A stretch of DNA of 64,000 nucleotides from Octopus vulgaris (lineage: Eukaryota): the NCBI GenBank assembly GCA_951406725.2, contig OX597821.1, positions 33,294,001 through 33,358,000 of the forward strand, written 5' to 3'. Every line of letters begins with the position of its first letter. Positions within the stretch are counted from its first letter, which is position 1. The notes beneath the pieces are model-generated. The model had not been told where the DNA came from. It saw only the letters and a program-made list of their open reading frames with translations, and did not search any database. Made by a program: the position numbers and the translations under genes. Of the stretch, positions 27,315-40,077 are shown piece by piece.

Positions 27315-27759
27315 TTAAATTTAAATGTTGAAGTGAATGTAACGGTTTTTGTGTGTTTCTTAAATGGCTTACAAACACCTTCCAGGCTGCAATATATATA
27401 TACACACATATATATATATGTATGTATGTATGTATGTGTGTATATGTGTATGCATGTATGTGTGTGTGTGTGCATGTCTGTGCTTGTGATTGTCCTCCAC
27501 CACTGCTTGACAACGAATGTTGGTTTGTTTACATCCCTGTCAACTAGTGGTTTGACAAAGGAAACAGATAGAATAAGTACAATGCTTACAAAAATAAAAC
27601 TGGAGTTGATTCATTAAACTACAATTCTTCAAGGCATTGCCCCAGCATGGCCACAGACCAATGGCTGGAAAAAGCAGAAGAATAAAAGAATACATTCTCT
27701 GCTTTGGTCATATGTTGAAGGCATGAGAAAGCTTGAGTTTACATGAGAAGGCCTAACAG

Positions 27760-28238
27760 ACCTGGTAGAAACAGCAGCCAAATCTCCCTCAAATCACACC
27801 TTACTGTCTTATGTATGTATATATATATGAGCCAATGAGGGGGACCTCTACATGGTAGCTAGACCTGGTAGAAATAGCAGCCAAATTTCCCCCAAATCAC
27901 ACCTTACTGTCTTATCTATGTATATATGTATGTATGAGCCTATGAGGGAGACCCCTACATGGCAGCTAGACCTGGTAGAAATAGCAGCCAAATTTCCCCC
28001 AAATCACACCTTACTGTCTTATCTATGTATATATGTATGTATGAGCCTATGAGGGAGACCCCTACATGGCAGCTAGACCTGGTAGAAATAGCAGCCAAAT
28101 TTCCCCCAAATCACACCTTACTGTCTTATCTATGTATATATGTATGTATGAGCCTATGAGGGAGACCCCTACATGGCAGCTAGACATGGTAGAAATAGCA
28201 GCCAAATCTCCCTCAAATCACACCTTACTGTCTTATCT
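27760..28238. repeat. 107-bp tandem array (~4.5 units) inside composite Helitron
   Basis: Unit contains GACCTGGTAGAAATAGCAGCCAAATTTCCCCCAAATCACACC; ORF starts recur at 27852, 27959, 28066 and 28173. Repeated at 29122-29519 and inverted at 30572-31053. Confidence 0.95.
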
Positions 28239-28763
28239 TTCTGCTACTTGGATATAGGTGTTATATTCGTCGTAAAAAACTTTCCTGTCACACACTCACG
28301 CACACGCGCACACACACACACACACACACACACGCACCCTCACACACACACACACACACCCACACACACCCACTCACACACACGCACGTTAGCTTACAAT
28401 TTTATTTATATATTTGCGTGTCTGTGTGGAAAGAGGAAGTGGGAGGCAGAGTGAAAGAATCACTCACTACAGTAAGTGAATTACTTTCATTTTATTCGTT
28501 GCCCACTGTGTGTGTGCGTTTGCGTGTGCTGTAAACCAGACTAAGAAAAGCATTTGACACACACACCAGAATGTGAGTTTTCTGTAAATTTTGCTTAACT
28601 GGAGTTTAAATTTTAAAAACTGGACCTGGCATGACGCGATGCATTGTACTCTTAAAAATGCAAGGTAAATTGTAATTGAAGAAATCCTATATTGTAGATT
28701 TGTATAACTCCCAAAGGGAGGCAGATAAAATCTGCCTTTTATAATAAGAGATATATATATATA

Positions 28764-29121
28764 CTAGCAGTATCGCCCGGCGTTTCTCGGGTTTGTAAGG
28801 GAAATAACTATAAAGCATTTTTAGAGAGTTATAGCCAAAAAAATGGAAAAAAAATGATGGTAAATTTTTTTTAGTTAAAAAGGTCGAGTTGCGTCCCCTA
28901 GACAGTCTGTGGTTTGTGTTTCTGATTCTCGACTCCATGTCGAATTTATCGATTTTTTCAGAACTGGGGGAACTTTTCAAAATTTTCGCTGCGTTAGTTT
29001 TGAATTATGACATTGGGCTATGTGTGTGTCAAGTTTCATCAGAATCGGTTGAAAGACGTGGTCAGGGTGAGGGTACAACCTGACAGACACACAGACAAAC
29101 TGCCGTTTATATATAGAGAGA
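28764..29121 (-). mobile_element. Non-autonomous Helitron, chimeric (family B-like 5' end, family A 3' end)
   Basis: 5' TCTCTCTATATATAAACGGCA resembles the end at 23446; the 3' ~110 bp match family A. Confidence 0.8.
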
Positions 29122-30037
29122 TGAGGGGGACCTCTACATGGTAGCTAGACCTGGTAGAAATAGCAGCCAAATTTCCCCCAAATCACACCTTACTGTCTTA
29201 TCTATGTATGTATGTATGAGCCTATGAGGGAGACCCTACATGGCAGCTAGACCTGGTAGAAATAGCAGCCAAATTTCCCCCAAATCACACCTTACTGTCT
29301 TATCTATGTATATATGTATGTATGAGCCTATGAGGGAGACCCCTACATGGCAGCTAGACCTGGTAGAAATAGCAGCCAAATCTCCCTCAAATCACACCTT
29401 ACTGTCTTATCTATGTATATATGTATGTATGAGCCTATGAGGGAGACCCCTACATGGCAGCTAGACATGGTAGAAATAGCAGCCAAATCTCCCTCAAATC
29501 ACACCTTACTGTCTTATCTTTCTGCTACTTGGATATAGGTGTTATATTCGTCGTAAAAAAACTTTCCTGTCACACACTCACGCACACGCACACACACACA
29601 CACACACACACACCCTCACACACACACACACACACACGCGCACACCCACACACACCCACTCACACACACGCACGTTAGCTTACAATTTTATTTATATATT
29701 TGCGTGTCTGTGTGGAAAGAGGAAGTGGGAGGCAAAGTGAAAGAATCACTCACTACAGTAAGTGAATTACTTTCATTTTATTCGTTGCCTACTGTGTGTG
29801 TGCGTTTGCGTGTGGTGTAAACCAGACTAAGAAAAGCATTTGACACACACACCAGAATGTGAGTTTTCTGTAAATTTTGCTTAACTGGAGTTTAAATTTT
29901 AAAAACTGGACCTGGCATGACGCGATGCATTGTACTCTTAAAAATGCAAGGTAAATTGTAATTGAAGAAATGCTATATTGTAGATTTGTATAACTCCCAA
30001 AGGGAGGCAGATAAAATCTGCCTTTTATAATAAGATA
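28764..30037 (-). mobile_element. Shortened composite Helitron, ~1.27 kb
   Basis: 29122-30037 duplicates 27836-28751. It is joined at an A|T site to an inner Helitron (28764-29121) that supplies the hairpin+CTAG end. Confidence 0.75.
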
Positions 30038-30419
30038 TATCTCTTATTATAAAAGGCAGATTTTATCTGCCTCCCTTTGGGAGTTATACAAATCTACAAT
30101 ATAGCATTTCTTCAATTACAATTTACCTTGCATTTTTAAGAGTACAATGCATCGCGTCATGCCAGGTCCAGTTTTTAAAATTTAAACTCCAGTTAAGCAA
30201 AATTTACAGAAAACTCACATTCTGGTGTGTGTGTCAAATGCTTTTCTTAGTCTGGTTTACACCACACGCAAACGCACACACACAGTGGGCAAGGAATAAA
30301 ATGAAACTAATTCACTTACTGTAGTGAGTGATTCTTTCACTCTGCCTCCCACTTCTTCTTTCCACACAGACACGCAAATATATAAATAAAATTGTAAGCT
30401 AACGTGCGTGCGTGCGTGC

Positions 30420-30466
<47 letters not shown>

Positions 30467-31490
30467 TGTGTGTGTGTGTGACGGTGCGTGTGTGTGTGTG
30501 CGTGTGCGTGAGTGTGTGACAGGAAAGTTTTTTTTACGACGAATATAACACCTATATCCAAGTAGCAGAAAGATAAGACAGTAAGGTGTGATTTGAGGGA
30601 GATTTGGCTGCTATTTCTACCATGTCTAGCTGCCATGTAGGGGTCTCCCTCATAGGCTCATACATACATATATACATAGATAAGACAGTAAGGTGTGATT
30701 TGGGGGAAATTTGGCTGCTATTTCTACCAGGTCTAGCTGCCATGTAGGGGTCTCCCTCATAGGCTCATACATACATATATACATAGATAAGACAGTAAGG
30801 TGTGATTTGGGGGAAATTTGGCTGCTATTTCTACCAGGTCTAGCTGCCATGTAGGGGTCTCCCTCATAGGCTCATACATACATATATACATAGATGAGAC
30901 AGTAAGGTGTGATTTGGGGGAAATTTGGCTGCTATTTCTACCAGGTCTAGCTACCATGTAGAGGTCCCCCTCATTGGCTCATATATATATATACATACAT
31001 AAGACAGTAAGGTGTGATTTGAGGGAGATTTGGCTGCTGTTTCTACCAGGTCTGTTAGGCCTTCTCATGTAAACTCAAGCTTTCTCATGCCTTCAACATA
31101 TGACCAAAGCAGAGAATGTATTCTTTTATTCTTCTGCTTTTTCCAGCCATTGGTCTGTGGCCATGCTGGGGCAATGCCTTGAAGAATTGTAGTTTAATGA
31201 ATCAACTCCAGTTTTATTTTTGTAAGCATTGTACTTATTCTATCTGTTTCCTTTGTCAAACCACTAGGTGACAGGGATGTAAACAAACCAACATTCGTTG
31301 TCAAGCAGTGGTGGAGGACAAGCACAGACACGCACACACACACACATACATGCATACACATATACACACATACATACATACATACATATATATATGTGTG
31401 TGTATATATATATTGCAGTGTGGAAGGTGTTTATAAGCCATTTAAGAAACACACAAAAACCGTTACATTCACTTCAACATTTAAATTTAA

Positions 31491-31541
31491 TTTGCCAAAA
31501 TATTTTCGTCGCTTTCAGACCGCGACCTGTTCACTGACAAA
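31491..31541 (-). ncRNA. Second copy of the G3-C8 hammerhead-like motif
   Basis: Reverse complement of 27264-27314 within the inverted composite. Confidence 0.6.
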
Positions 31542-31747
31542 AATATCGTGCTAACAGGTCGCGGTCTCAAAGCGACGAAAATATTTTGACAAATTAAATT
31601 TAAATGTTGAAGTGAATCTAACGGTTTTTGTGTGTTTCTTAAATGGCTTATAAACACCTTCAACGCTGCAACTGTTTTCGTTCCAGCACACGATCTCAGA
31701 TCAAGTCACTTGCTATGCAAGTACATCTCTGTAACTATATATATATT

Positions 31748-31778
<31 letters not shown>

Positions 31779-31841
31779 TGGTAAAAACAGTAAGATAACA
31801 AAAGAAAGAAAGAGACCTCAATATTATGTAAATAGAGGAAA

Positions 31842-32235
31842 TCTTTATATATAAAAGTGAGGTTGTGTGTCTGTCTCCTACGATTTAGATTCCTAACTAC
31901 TCCCACATTTTGCGGTGCAGTTTTACCAAAACCGGGTATCTTATAGTCGTGATTCATATCGAGACCGTCTGGGTATTAGCGCGCGTCTACGATGAGTCTA
32001 CGATTTAAAAAAAATTTACCATCAATTTTTCCCATTTTTAATCCATTTTTGACATATATAAGGGAAGTAACTCTCTAAAATTTATTATTAAATCTCAGAA
32101 CGTAAAAAGCTACAGTAACACCCCTCCCCCTTTGTGGTTAGCCATATTGAGATGGCTATTATACTTTACATCTCTAAAAATGCTTATATAATTATTTTCC
32201 TTACAAACCCGAGCAACGCCGGGCGATACTGCTAG
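31842..32235 (+). mobile_element. Non-autonomous Helitron, family A (3' module of composite)
   Basis: A|TCTTTATATATAAAAGTG ... hairpin ... CTAG|T. Confidence 0.85.
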
Positions 32236-33078
32236 TATATATATATATAATAATGTTCTGAATTCAAATGCTACTGTGTTACACTTTGCCTTACATTCTT
32301 TCTATTGTGGATAAAATACTCTTCAAGTTCTCAGGCTGTGCCTTAATTAGAAATAGTATAAGTGTATAATAGTATAAGAATCTTGAAGCAGACAAAGCTA
32401 CAATCAATAGAATCTAAATGTTGGGTTTAAAAAACCCTTTCTCTGCTTTGAGTTTCACCTTTTCAAAATCAAAAATAAAAAATTATTTTCCTTACAAAAT
32501 GAACATTTTTCAAGAATTTAGGTGCCAAATAATATCTTTTTATTTATTTATTTATTTATTTATTTGCTTAGTCCTTCTACTATAGCCTCAGGCCAACCAA
32601 AGACTTGTGAATGTATTTAGTTGAGAGAAACTGGAAGCCTCTCGTAGATATGTGTGTGTCTTCGTGTCTGTGTTTGCCAACCCCCCTCCACTGCTTGACA
32701 ACCAGTGTTGGTGTGTTTGCGTCCCTGTAACTTTGTGGTTTGGCAAAAAGGACCGATAGAATAAAAAGGAAATAAATACTGAGGTCAATTAGTTCAACTA
32801 AGATTCAAGGCGGTGCTCCAGCATGGCCGTAGGTTAATTACTGAAATAAGTAAAAGATAAAAGATATATTTTTATATGCAGCATCTCAAGACTTTCAATG
32901 ATCAACAGTTTCTCTTTCTTTAAACTCAAGCTAAGAGCCAACAAGGTGGACTCTAGCTGGTCGCTTGACATATTTTAGAAAATAGCAGCCCTGTTCCTCA
33001 CAGATGCTGTCCTACGCTTAAATTCAGAAAAGAAGGACACATTAGACAATGAAGTCCTTGATACACACTGACATGGGG

Positions 33079-33387
33079 GTGGAAGCACATGGCCTAGTGG
33101 TTAGAGCAGCAGACTCGCGGTCGAGGGATCGCGGGTTCGAATTGCAGACCGGGCGATGTGTGTGTTTATGAGCAAAAACACCTAAGCTCCACGCAGCTCC
33201 GGCAGAAGGTAGTGGCGAACTTCTGCTGACTCTTTCGCCACAACTTTCTCTGACTCATTCCTCCTGCATCTTGCAGCTCACCTGCGACGGACCGGCGTCC
33301 CGTCCAGGTGGGGAACCTATACGCCAAGAAACCGGGAAACTGGCCCTTATGAGCCAGGCATGGCTCGAGAAGGAACAAACAACAACA
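33079..33387 (+). mobile_element. tRNA-derived SINE family C variant
   Basis: 12-bp TSD ACTGACATGGGG; (CAA)n tail. Confidence 0.88.
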
Positions 33388-34299
33388 ACTGACATGGGGC
33401 TAAATAATTATGGCTATTACAATTTGGGGAACATAGCAATAATATCTTTTTAAGGAATGTGGGGCAGTTCTGATTATGTAATATTACATCTAGAAACTTA
33501 TCTTTTTTACTTGCTTTGGTCATTGGACTGTCGCCATTCTGGGGCACCACCTTAAAGAGTTTAGTTGAGTAAATTGAACCTAGTACTATTTTTTAAAGCC
33601 TGGTACTTATTCTATTGGTCTCTTTTGCTGAACCACTAAGTTTTTGGGGACATAAGCCAACACCAGTTGTGAAGTAGTGATGGTGGGGACAAACGTAAAA
33701 AACAAAGACACACATAGATACACATGTGTGCACACACATGCATACACACATACAAACAGACACTCACACACACACATACACACACACACATACTCAGATA
33801 CACATATGCTCTCACACAGACACACACACTCTCACACAGACATATATACTCACACATACACACATTCACACACACAAACCCATGATGTGCTTCTTTCAGT
33901 TTCTGTCTACCAAATCCACTCACAAGGCTTTGTCTGACTCAGGCCTATAGTAGAAGCCCCAAGATGCCATGCGGTGGGACTGAACCCAAAACCATGTGAC
34001 TGGGAAATGATTAAACCAACAATTAAAACAAAACATACAGAAAGAAAGAACAGATACAGACTGTATCTGGTGGCACGCTGGCAGAAATGTTAGCACGCCG
34101 GGCGAAATGCTTTGTGGTAATTCATCCACCACTGCGTTCTGAGTTCAAATTCCGCTGAGGTCGACTTTGCCTTTCATCCTTTCAGGGGTCGATAAATTAA
34201 GCACCAGTTACGCATTGGGGTCGATGTGATCGACTTAATCCGTTCGTCTGTCCTTGTTTGTCCCTTCTGTGTTTAGCACCTTGTGGGTAGTAAAGAAAT

Positions 34300-34692
34300 G
34301 GATGGAATGGAAGCACTCCGTCGGTTACGACGACGAGGGTTCCGGTTGATCCGAATCAACGGACCAGCCTGCTCGTGAAATTAACGTGTAAGTGGCTGAG
34401 CACTCCACAGACACGTGTACCCTTAATGTAGTTCTCGGGGATATTCAGCGTGACACAGAGAGTGACAAGGCCGGCCCTTTGAAATACAGGTACAACAGAA
34501 ACAGGAAGTAAGAGTGAGAGAAAGTTGTGGTGAAAGAGTACAGCAGGGATCACCACCATCCCCTGCCGGAGACTCGTGGAGCTTTAGATGTTTTCGCTCA
34601 ATAAACACTCACAACGCCCGGTCTGGGAATCGAAACCGCGATCCTATGACCGCGAGTCTGCTGCCCTAACCACTGGGCCATTGCGCCTCCAC
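34300..34692 (-). mobile_element. tRNA-derived SINE family C, full length
   Basis: Head GTGGAGGCGCAATGGCCCAGTGGTTAGGGCAG; 11-bp TSD AGTAAAGAAAT; inserted in the tail of a family B SINE. Confidence 0.88.
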
Positions 34693-35148
34693 AGTAAAGA
34701 AATATGTATTATATGGAAGTGTGACTCTTGATTAAAACTTGTTGAACTAAGATGACAGCATATATCTGAATATCTGAAACCAGAGATGCTTCACCAAATA
34801 TTCCCCTCTCATTTGAATAACTAATTAAAATTATTACACCACTTTGCCTGCCTGTCTGTTTTTTTTTGCCTCTCTATTTGCATCAACCCCGTCCCCCACT
34901 ACCCCCATTCTGTAATCTCTGTATGTAGTTTTATATTAATCTATGTCTCTTATTCTGTTTCCTTCTATCTTTGACATTTTCAAATCTTGCTCCAGAAATA
35001 GTCATAAATTCTCCTCCCAAATAACTTGTAAATGAAGCATGTTTTATATATGTATGTATGTGTGTGTGTATATATATATATATAATCATATATATATATA
35101 TAATCATATATATATATATATAATCATATATATATATATATATATATC

Positions 35149-35197
<49 letters not shown>

Positions 35198-35199
<2 letters not shown>

Positions 35200-35455
35200 C
35201 GTAGGAGTGTCTGTGTGGTAGGTAGCTTGCTTACCAACCACATGGTTCCAGGTTCAGTCCCACTGCATGGCACCTTGGGCAAGTGTCTTCTACTATAGCC
35301 TCGGGCCGACCAAAGCCTTGTGAGTGGATTTGGTAAGTGGATAAGAGTAAGTACTAGGCTTACAAAGAATAAGTCCTGGGGTTGATTTGCTCGACTAAAA
35401 GCAGTGCTCCAGTATGGCCACAGTCAAATGACTGAAACAAGTAAAAGTGTAAAAG
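35198..35455 (+). mobile_element. SINE family A, internally deleted
   Basis: Head joined directly to tail. Confidence 0.8.
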
Positions 35456-37167
35456 ATATATATATGTTTATCTATGTATGTTATATTCTGTTAAGAACTT
35501 AGTAGAATACAATATAAAGCTTGTCCACCTTCAGATTTCCCCCAGTATTATCCAGTTGTATTATATGTACTGCTAGATTTGTGCTGGGGCTTCTGTAGTG
35601 TGTGAATGGATAACTGAATTAGTTGGAGTCAACAAGAAACACATACAGTTGGACATTTATTTGTAATCACTACAATTGTTTCCACACAACATAGTTCTCC
35701 AGGCTTGCAGATATTTGGTTATGTAACCTTTTCTCTGCATTATGGGATGGCAAAGTATAGATATTGTCTCTGTAAATTCAAATTCTGGGCTTCAAGTACA
35801 TCCTTTCTGTCTGTCATGGCCTGCAAGTTAGTAGTAGCCCCTGAGTGTATCAAGAAATGTGCTGTGGCTGAAACTCTGTTGATAAACTGCTTTGAATGTA
35901 TGTATGGAGTGTGAGTGGTGGTTATGCTATTGAGGTTTTTGTTAAAGGGAGTGGCATTTGATTTCTTTGTACTGTTGATTTATAATATCATAACAACCAC
36001 TTAGATATCATAATGTGTGCATGCGTGCATGCAGGTGGAAGTATGTGTATGCATGCATTATTATGTGTATATATACATATATATATATATATTTGTTTGG
36101 ATGCATAAGCAGGTGCATGTGCAGGTTTCTGTAAAGTGTTTTTGTCAGCCAAATTGTGCTCATATCATAGAGATCAACTCAGAGCTATGGCAGAAGACAC
36201 TTTCCCAGTCTACCATAGAGTGGATTTGGTAGACCAGCTAATCGTCTGGCCCTCTCCCCAAAACTTTTGGGCCTTATACCTAGAGTAAAAAAAAAATATC
36301 TCTACAGTTTCTAAGACAGTGAGCTGACAAAGTTGTTAGCACATCAGGCAAAATACTTAGCAACATTTTATCTGTCTTTAAGTTCCGAGTTCAAATTCCA
36401 CTAATATTGACTTTGCCTTTCATCCTTTTGGGGTTAATAAAATGTTTTGCATTTTGGTAGGGGAGCTCCAAAAGGGGTCTCAGGGAGTAGTGTTCCTGCC
36501 TTCCTGAGCTAGTTTTCCTCCACATTTCTTAAAAATCATGGTAGAAGCCTTGGTCTTGGGACTACTCATGTCTAGAAAACAAGGTTGGGGATAAGCAAAG
36601 GCATACTCCCCATAGAAAATCCAGCTCCAAAAATGTTTTATGATAGCAAAGGAGAATGGGCAGCAGCCAGCCAGAACAATGGTTGGGGTGGGCTGCACCT
36701 GCCTACCTTGGCTGCTATGGCATTGAGGTAGATCCGACCACCCCCGTTAACGGCGACAAAAACCCAGATTTAAAACACTGGATGATCATGATGATGATGG
36801 TGATGATGATGATGATGAAAATGTTTTGCATTGCATATTATTAAATTCTATATCTTATAGATTTGTCTTTTATTTCTTTACTGGAGTGTGGACATGCTGG
36901 GGCAGTACCTTGTGCCACAATTCATTATTATTATTATTATCATTATTAAGATAATGAGCTGACAGAATCGATAAAAAAAACAGACAAAATGCTTAGTAGC
37001 ATTTTCTTTGCCTTTACATTCTGCGCTTAGATTCCACTGAGGTCAAATTTGCCTTTCATCCTTTCGTGGTTGATAAATTAAGTAGCAGTCAAGTACTAGG
37101 GTCGATGTGATCAACTATCCACCTCCACACGAATTTCAGGCCTTGTGCCTATAATAGAAAGGATTAC

Positions 37168-37203
<36 letters not shown>

Positions 37204-38680
37204 CATCTGTGTGTGAGTTAATTGAAAGTAATGCCATTTGGGTTTTGCTATAAACACTTAATAGTACCACATTGCATCATTTTAAAGTTTACTTAATATA
37301 GTGTTTCAGATAGTTTTGAGAGTAATAAGGAAGTGGTTATGATAATGATGGTTGCTTGGTTCTACATTAAATGATTTTTCAAACTAGTCAAAAGGGTATT
37401 TTTTGTTTGGTTTTTCTTTTTCTGTTACTTCAGGAAACTAACTCTTGACACAGAATCATTTTAATTGTTTCATGTTTCTACTTTAGTACATATATATATA
37501 TAAAAAAATGTCCAGTTCCTTGGGTTTGTGTCTATGTTTTCGTTTCTCATTGTGTTCGACGTCTTTTTGGTGTCCTGTACTCATATATGCGTGTATATGT
37601 ACATGTAGAGGTAGGCACGTACATATATGTTTATATATATGCATATGTTTTATTTATTAATATATATATATATATATATATGCTCTGGGATCTCTTACTG
37701 TCTTAGTATTTCTTCCAATGAATAATAGCTTTTAATAATAGTGGTGATACATTTACACAAAGTGCTCTCACCTTTTGGAGTGAGCCCTCACTACAATGTT
37801 ATATTGTTCGACCATGGATTAGCCATTTAATTGAACAGATATTGCATCCTTGCCCATTCCAATGGTATTTCCATAAAGTGTATCTATAGGATTACATTAT
37901 TTCAATGTGTACTACCCTGGCACGTCTTCACCATCTTCTCCTCCTAACTCTGTCTCTCTGTCTCTCTCTCTCTCTGTCTCTGTCTCTCTCTCTCTCTCTC
38001 TCCGACAGGATAGCCATGTTTCTCTTCGCCTGCAAGACACCTGTTTCTGTCCCTATATGATACCCGTAACCTCTCATCACCTGGCACAAAGCCACCTCCC
38101 TCAATACTACTACCCACTCGGTAGAGGGTTTGCTTTTTTTTCTGGCAAAGTATTTGTTGACCTCGACGGCACTGGTTCTATGTAAAAAATCACCCAGTAC
38201 ACCCTGTAAAATGGTTCATATTAGGAAAAGTGTCCAACCATAAAAACCATGCCACTGCAAATTGTAGAACTTGGCACACAGTCTTCTTGTTTGACAGCTC
38301 CTATCAAACTGTCCAACCCATGCCAGCATGGAAAGTCAATGTTAACAGATAATGAAAACTGTAATTTTAGGGACGTCTTGGCTGCTGTTTCATGCATAGA
38401 GACTGGTATATATTACAATATAACAAAAAGTTGTTAATAACACATATAAACAAGGTGGTGAGCTAGCAGAATCCTTTGCATTCCAGGTAGAATGCTTGGC
38501 AGCATTTCATCCATCTTTACACTCTGAGTTCAAATTCAGCTTTGGGTCAACTTTGTCTTCATCCTTTCAGGATTGACAAAATAAGTACCAGCTGAGCACT
38601 GTGATCGTTTTAAGTGACTAGCCACTTCCCACCAAATTGCTTGCCTTGTGCCAAAATTTGAAGCCAATAAAACATAAACA

Positions 38681-39087
38681 CATCATCATCATCATTGTTC
38701 GACCGTGGTCGAGACAATGGAATTTACCATGCTACGCCAGACTTCACGGTCCATCATAGCATTACGGAGGTCCTGTTGCTGGATGCCTGTATCCCTGGAG
38801 ATTACATCAGGGTAGGAGAGTGTGCGCCCTCTGGTATCACGAGTAGATGGCTTCCAGAGGAGAAGAGTAGAAATTGCCTCGTTTTCAGCTCTACAACAAT
38901 GTCCAGCAAACTGGACTCTCCTACCTTTCACAAGAGATGACACAGGTGGTAGTTTCCCATATCTTTGCATTTTGGTTGGATGACGCTTCCACGAGAGATT
39001 TTGAGCTCTCATAAGGAGGCGAGTGTAGGTTCCATCCAACTGCCTCTCAAGCTTCTTTGATAATGTCCAGGTTTCTGAGCCATACAT
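38681..39087 (-). mobile_element. 5'-truncated RTE-clade LINE (ORF2 C-terminus)
   Basis: YGSETWTL...RRVQFAGHCCR...DREVWRSMV followed directly by a (GAT)n tail. Confidence 0.88.
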
Positions 39088-39209
39088 CCTACCCTATTAC
39101 GCAAGTAATAACTATTTTGCAACAGACAGTTCATTATTATTATTTTTATCCTTCACGTCTTATTCTACTATCATCATCATCGTCATCATCATCATCATCA
39201 TTTAACGTC

Positions 39210-39580
39210 CTATATTCTTCTATATTCTTATATTCTATATTCTATTCTTTATTCTATATTTTTATTCTATATTCTTATATTCCTATATTCTTCTATATTC
39301 TTATATTCTATATTCTATATTATATTCTATATTCTATATTTTAATTCTATATTCTTATATTCCTATATTCTTCTATATTCTTATATTCTATATTATATTC
39401 TATATTCTAATTCTATATTCTTATATTCCTATATTCTTCTATATTCTATATTATATTCTATATTCTATATTCTTATATTCCTATATTCTTCTATATTCTT
39501 ATATTCTATTTTCTATATTATATTCTATATTCTATATTCTTATATTCCTATATTCTTCTATATTCTATTATATTCTTCTA
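39210..39580. repeat. (TATTC/TATATTC)n degenerate minisatellite
   Basis: G-free low-complexity tandem run. Confidence 0.9.
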
Positions 39581-40077
39581 TAAATTTCTAAAATCTGACT
39601 TCCTGTATTTGATCAACATAATGAGCAATATGGAGGAAGTTGCCTCTATGCAGTCAGCTGACCCATGAGCATTTGGCAAGCCTTAATATGCTGATATCTT
39701 AAGACTCTGAATTATTCAAACTTGATATAAGTTGTATGTCAGGATGTGGTCACTCATCTTGCCAAAAGTACCGAGAGAATTAGAAAACTAGTAGTAGGTA
39801 TAAGAAACCTGTTTGCTGTGGCAGATACTTCTCATGGCATTATAATTTAGCCAGTGAATACCAGCAAGCATATACTTCTACTTATGAACATTCAAAGGTC
39901 AGCATCTGGCTGTGTAGTCAGAAGCTTGCTTCCCAAACATGTGGTCTTGGTTTCAATCTCATTGCTTGGCACCTTAGACTAGAGTCTTTTACTATGTCCC
40001 TGGGTCAACCAAAGCCTTTTGAGTGGATTTGGTAGGTAGAAAGAAACTGAAAGATTCTTGTGTGCGTGTGTGTGTGT

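Larger units (their letters stand above)
26563..28751 (-). mobile_element. Composite non-autonomous Helitron, ~2.2 kb
   Basis: Reverse complement of 30040-32235, differing by scattered substitutions and microsatellite lengths. TC 5' end at 28751, hairpin+CTAG at 26563, (TA)n on both sides. Confidence 0.8.
30040..32235 (+). mobile_element. Composite non-autonomous Helitron, ~2.2 kb
   Basis: Starts A|TCTCTTATTATAAAAGG and ends CCCGAGCAACGCCGGG-CGATACTG-CTAG|T (subterminal hairpin plus CTAG). Sits in (TA)n with no TSD. Inverted copy of 26563-28751. Confidence 0.8.

Noticed and set aside
27852-28454. Repeated MAARPGRNSSQISPKSH ORFs
   Set aside because: By-product of the 107-bp tandem array, whose frame shifts with each unit.
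26563-32235. Assembly fold-back artefact as the explanation of the large inverted repeat
   Set aside because: The arms differ by substitutions, a small indel and microsatellite lengths, and all boundaries coincide with Helitron termini. Disfavoured, but only reads can exclude it.
34610-34692. tRNA-like sequences (also the heads of other family A and C copies)
   Set aside because: These are SINE heads continuing into SINE bodies with TSDs; not stand-alone tRNA genes.
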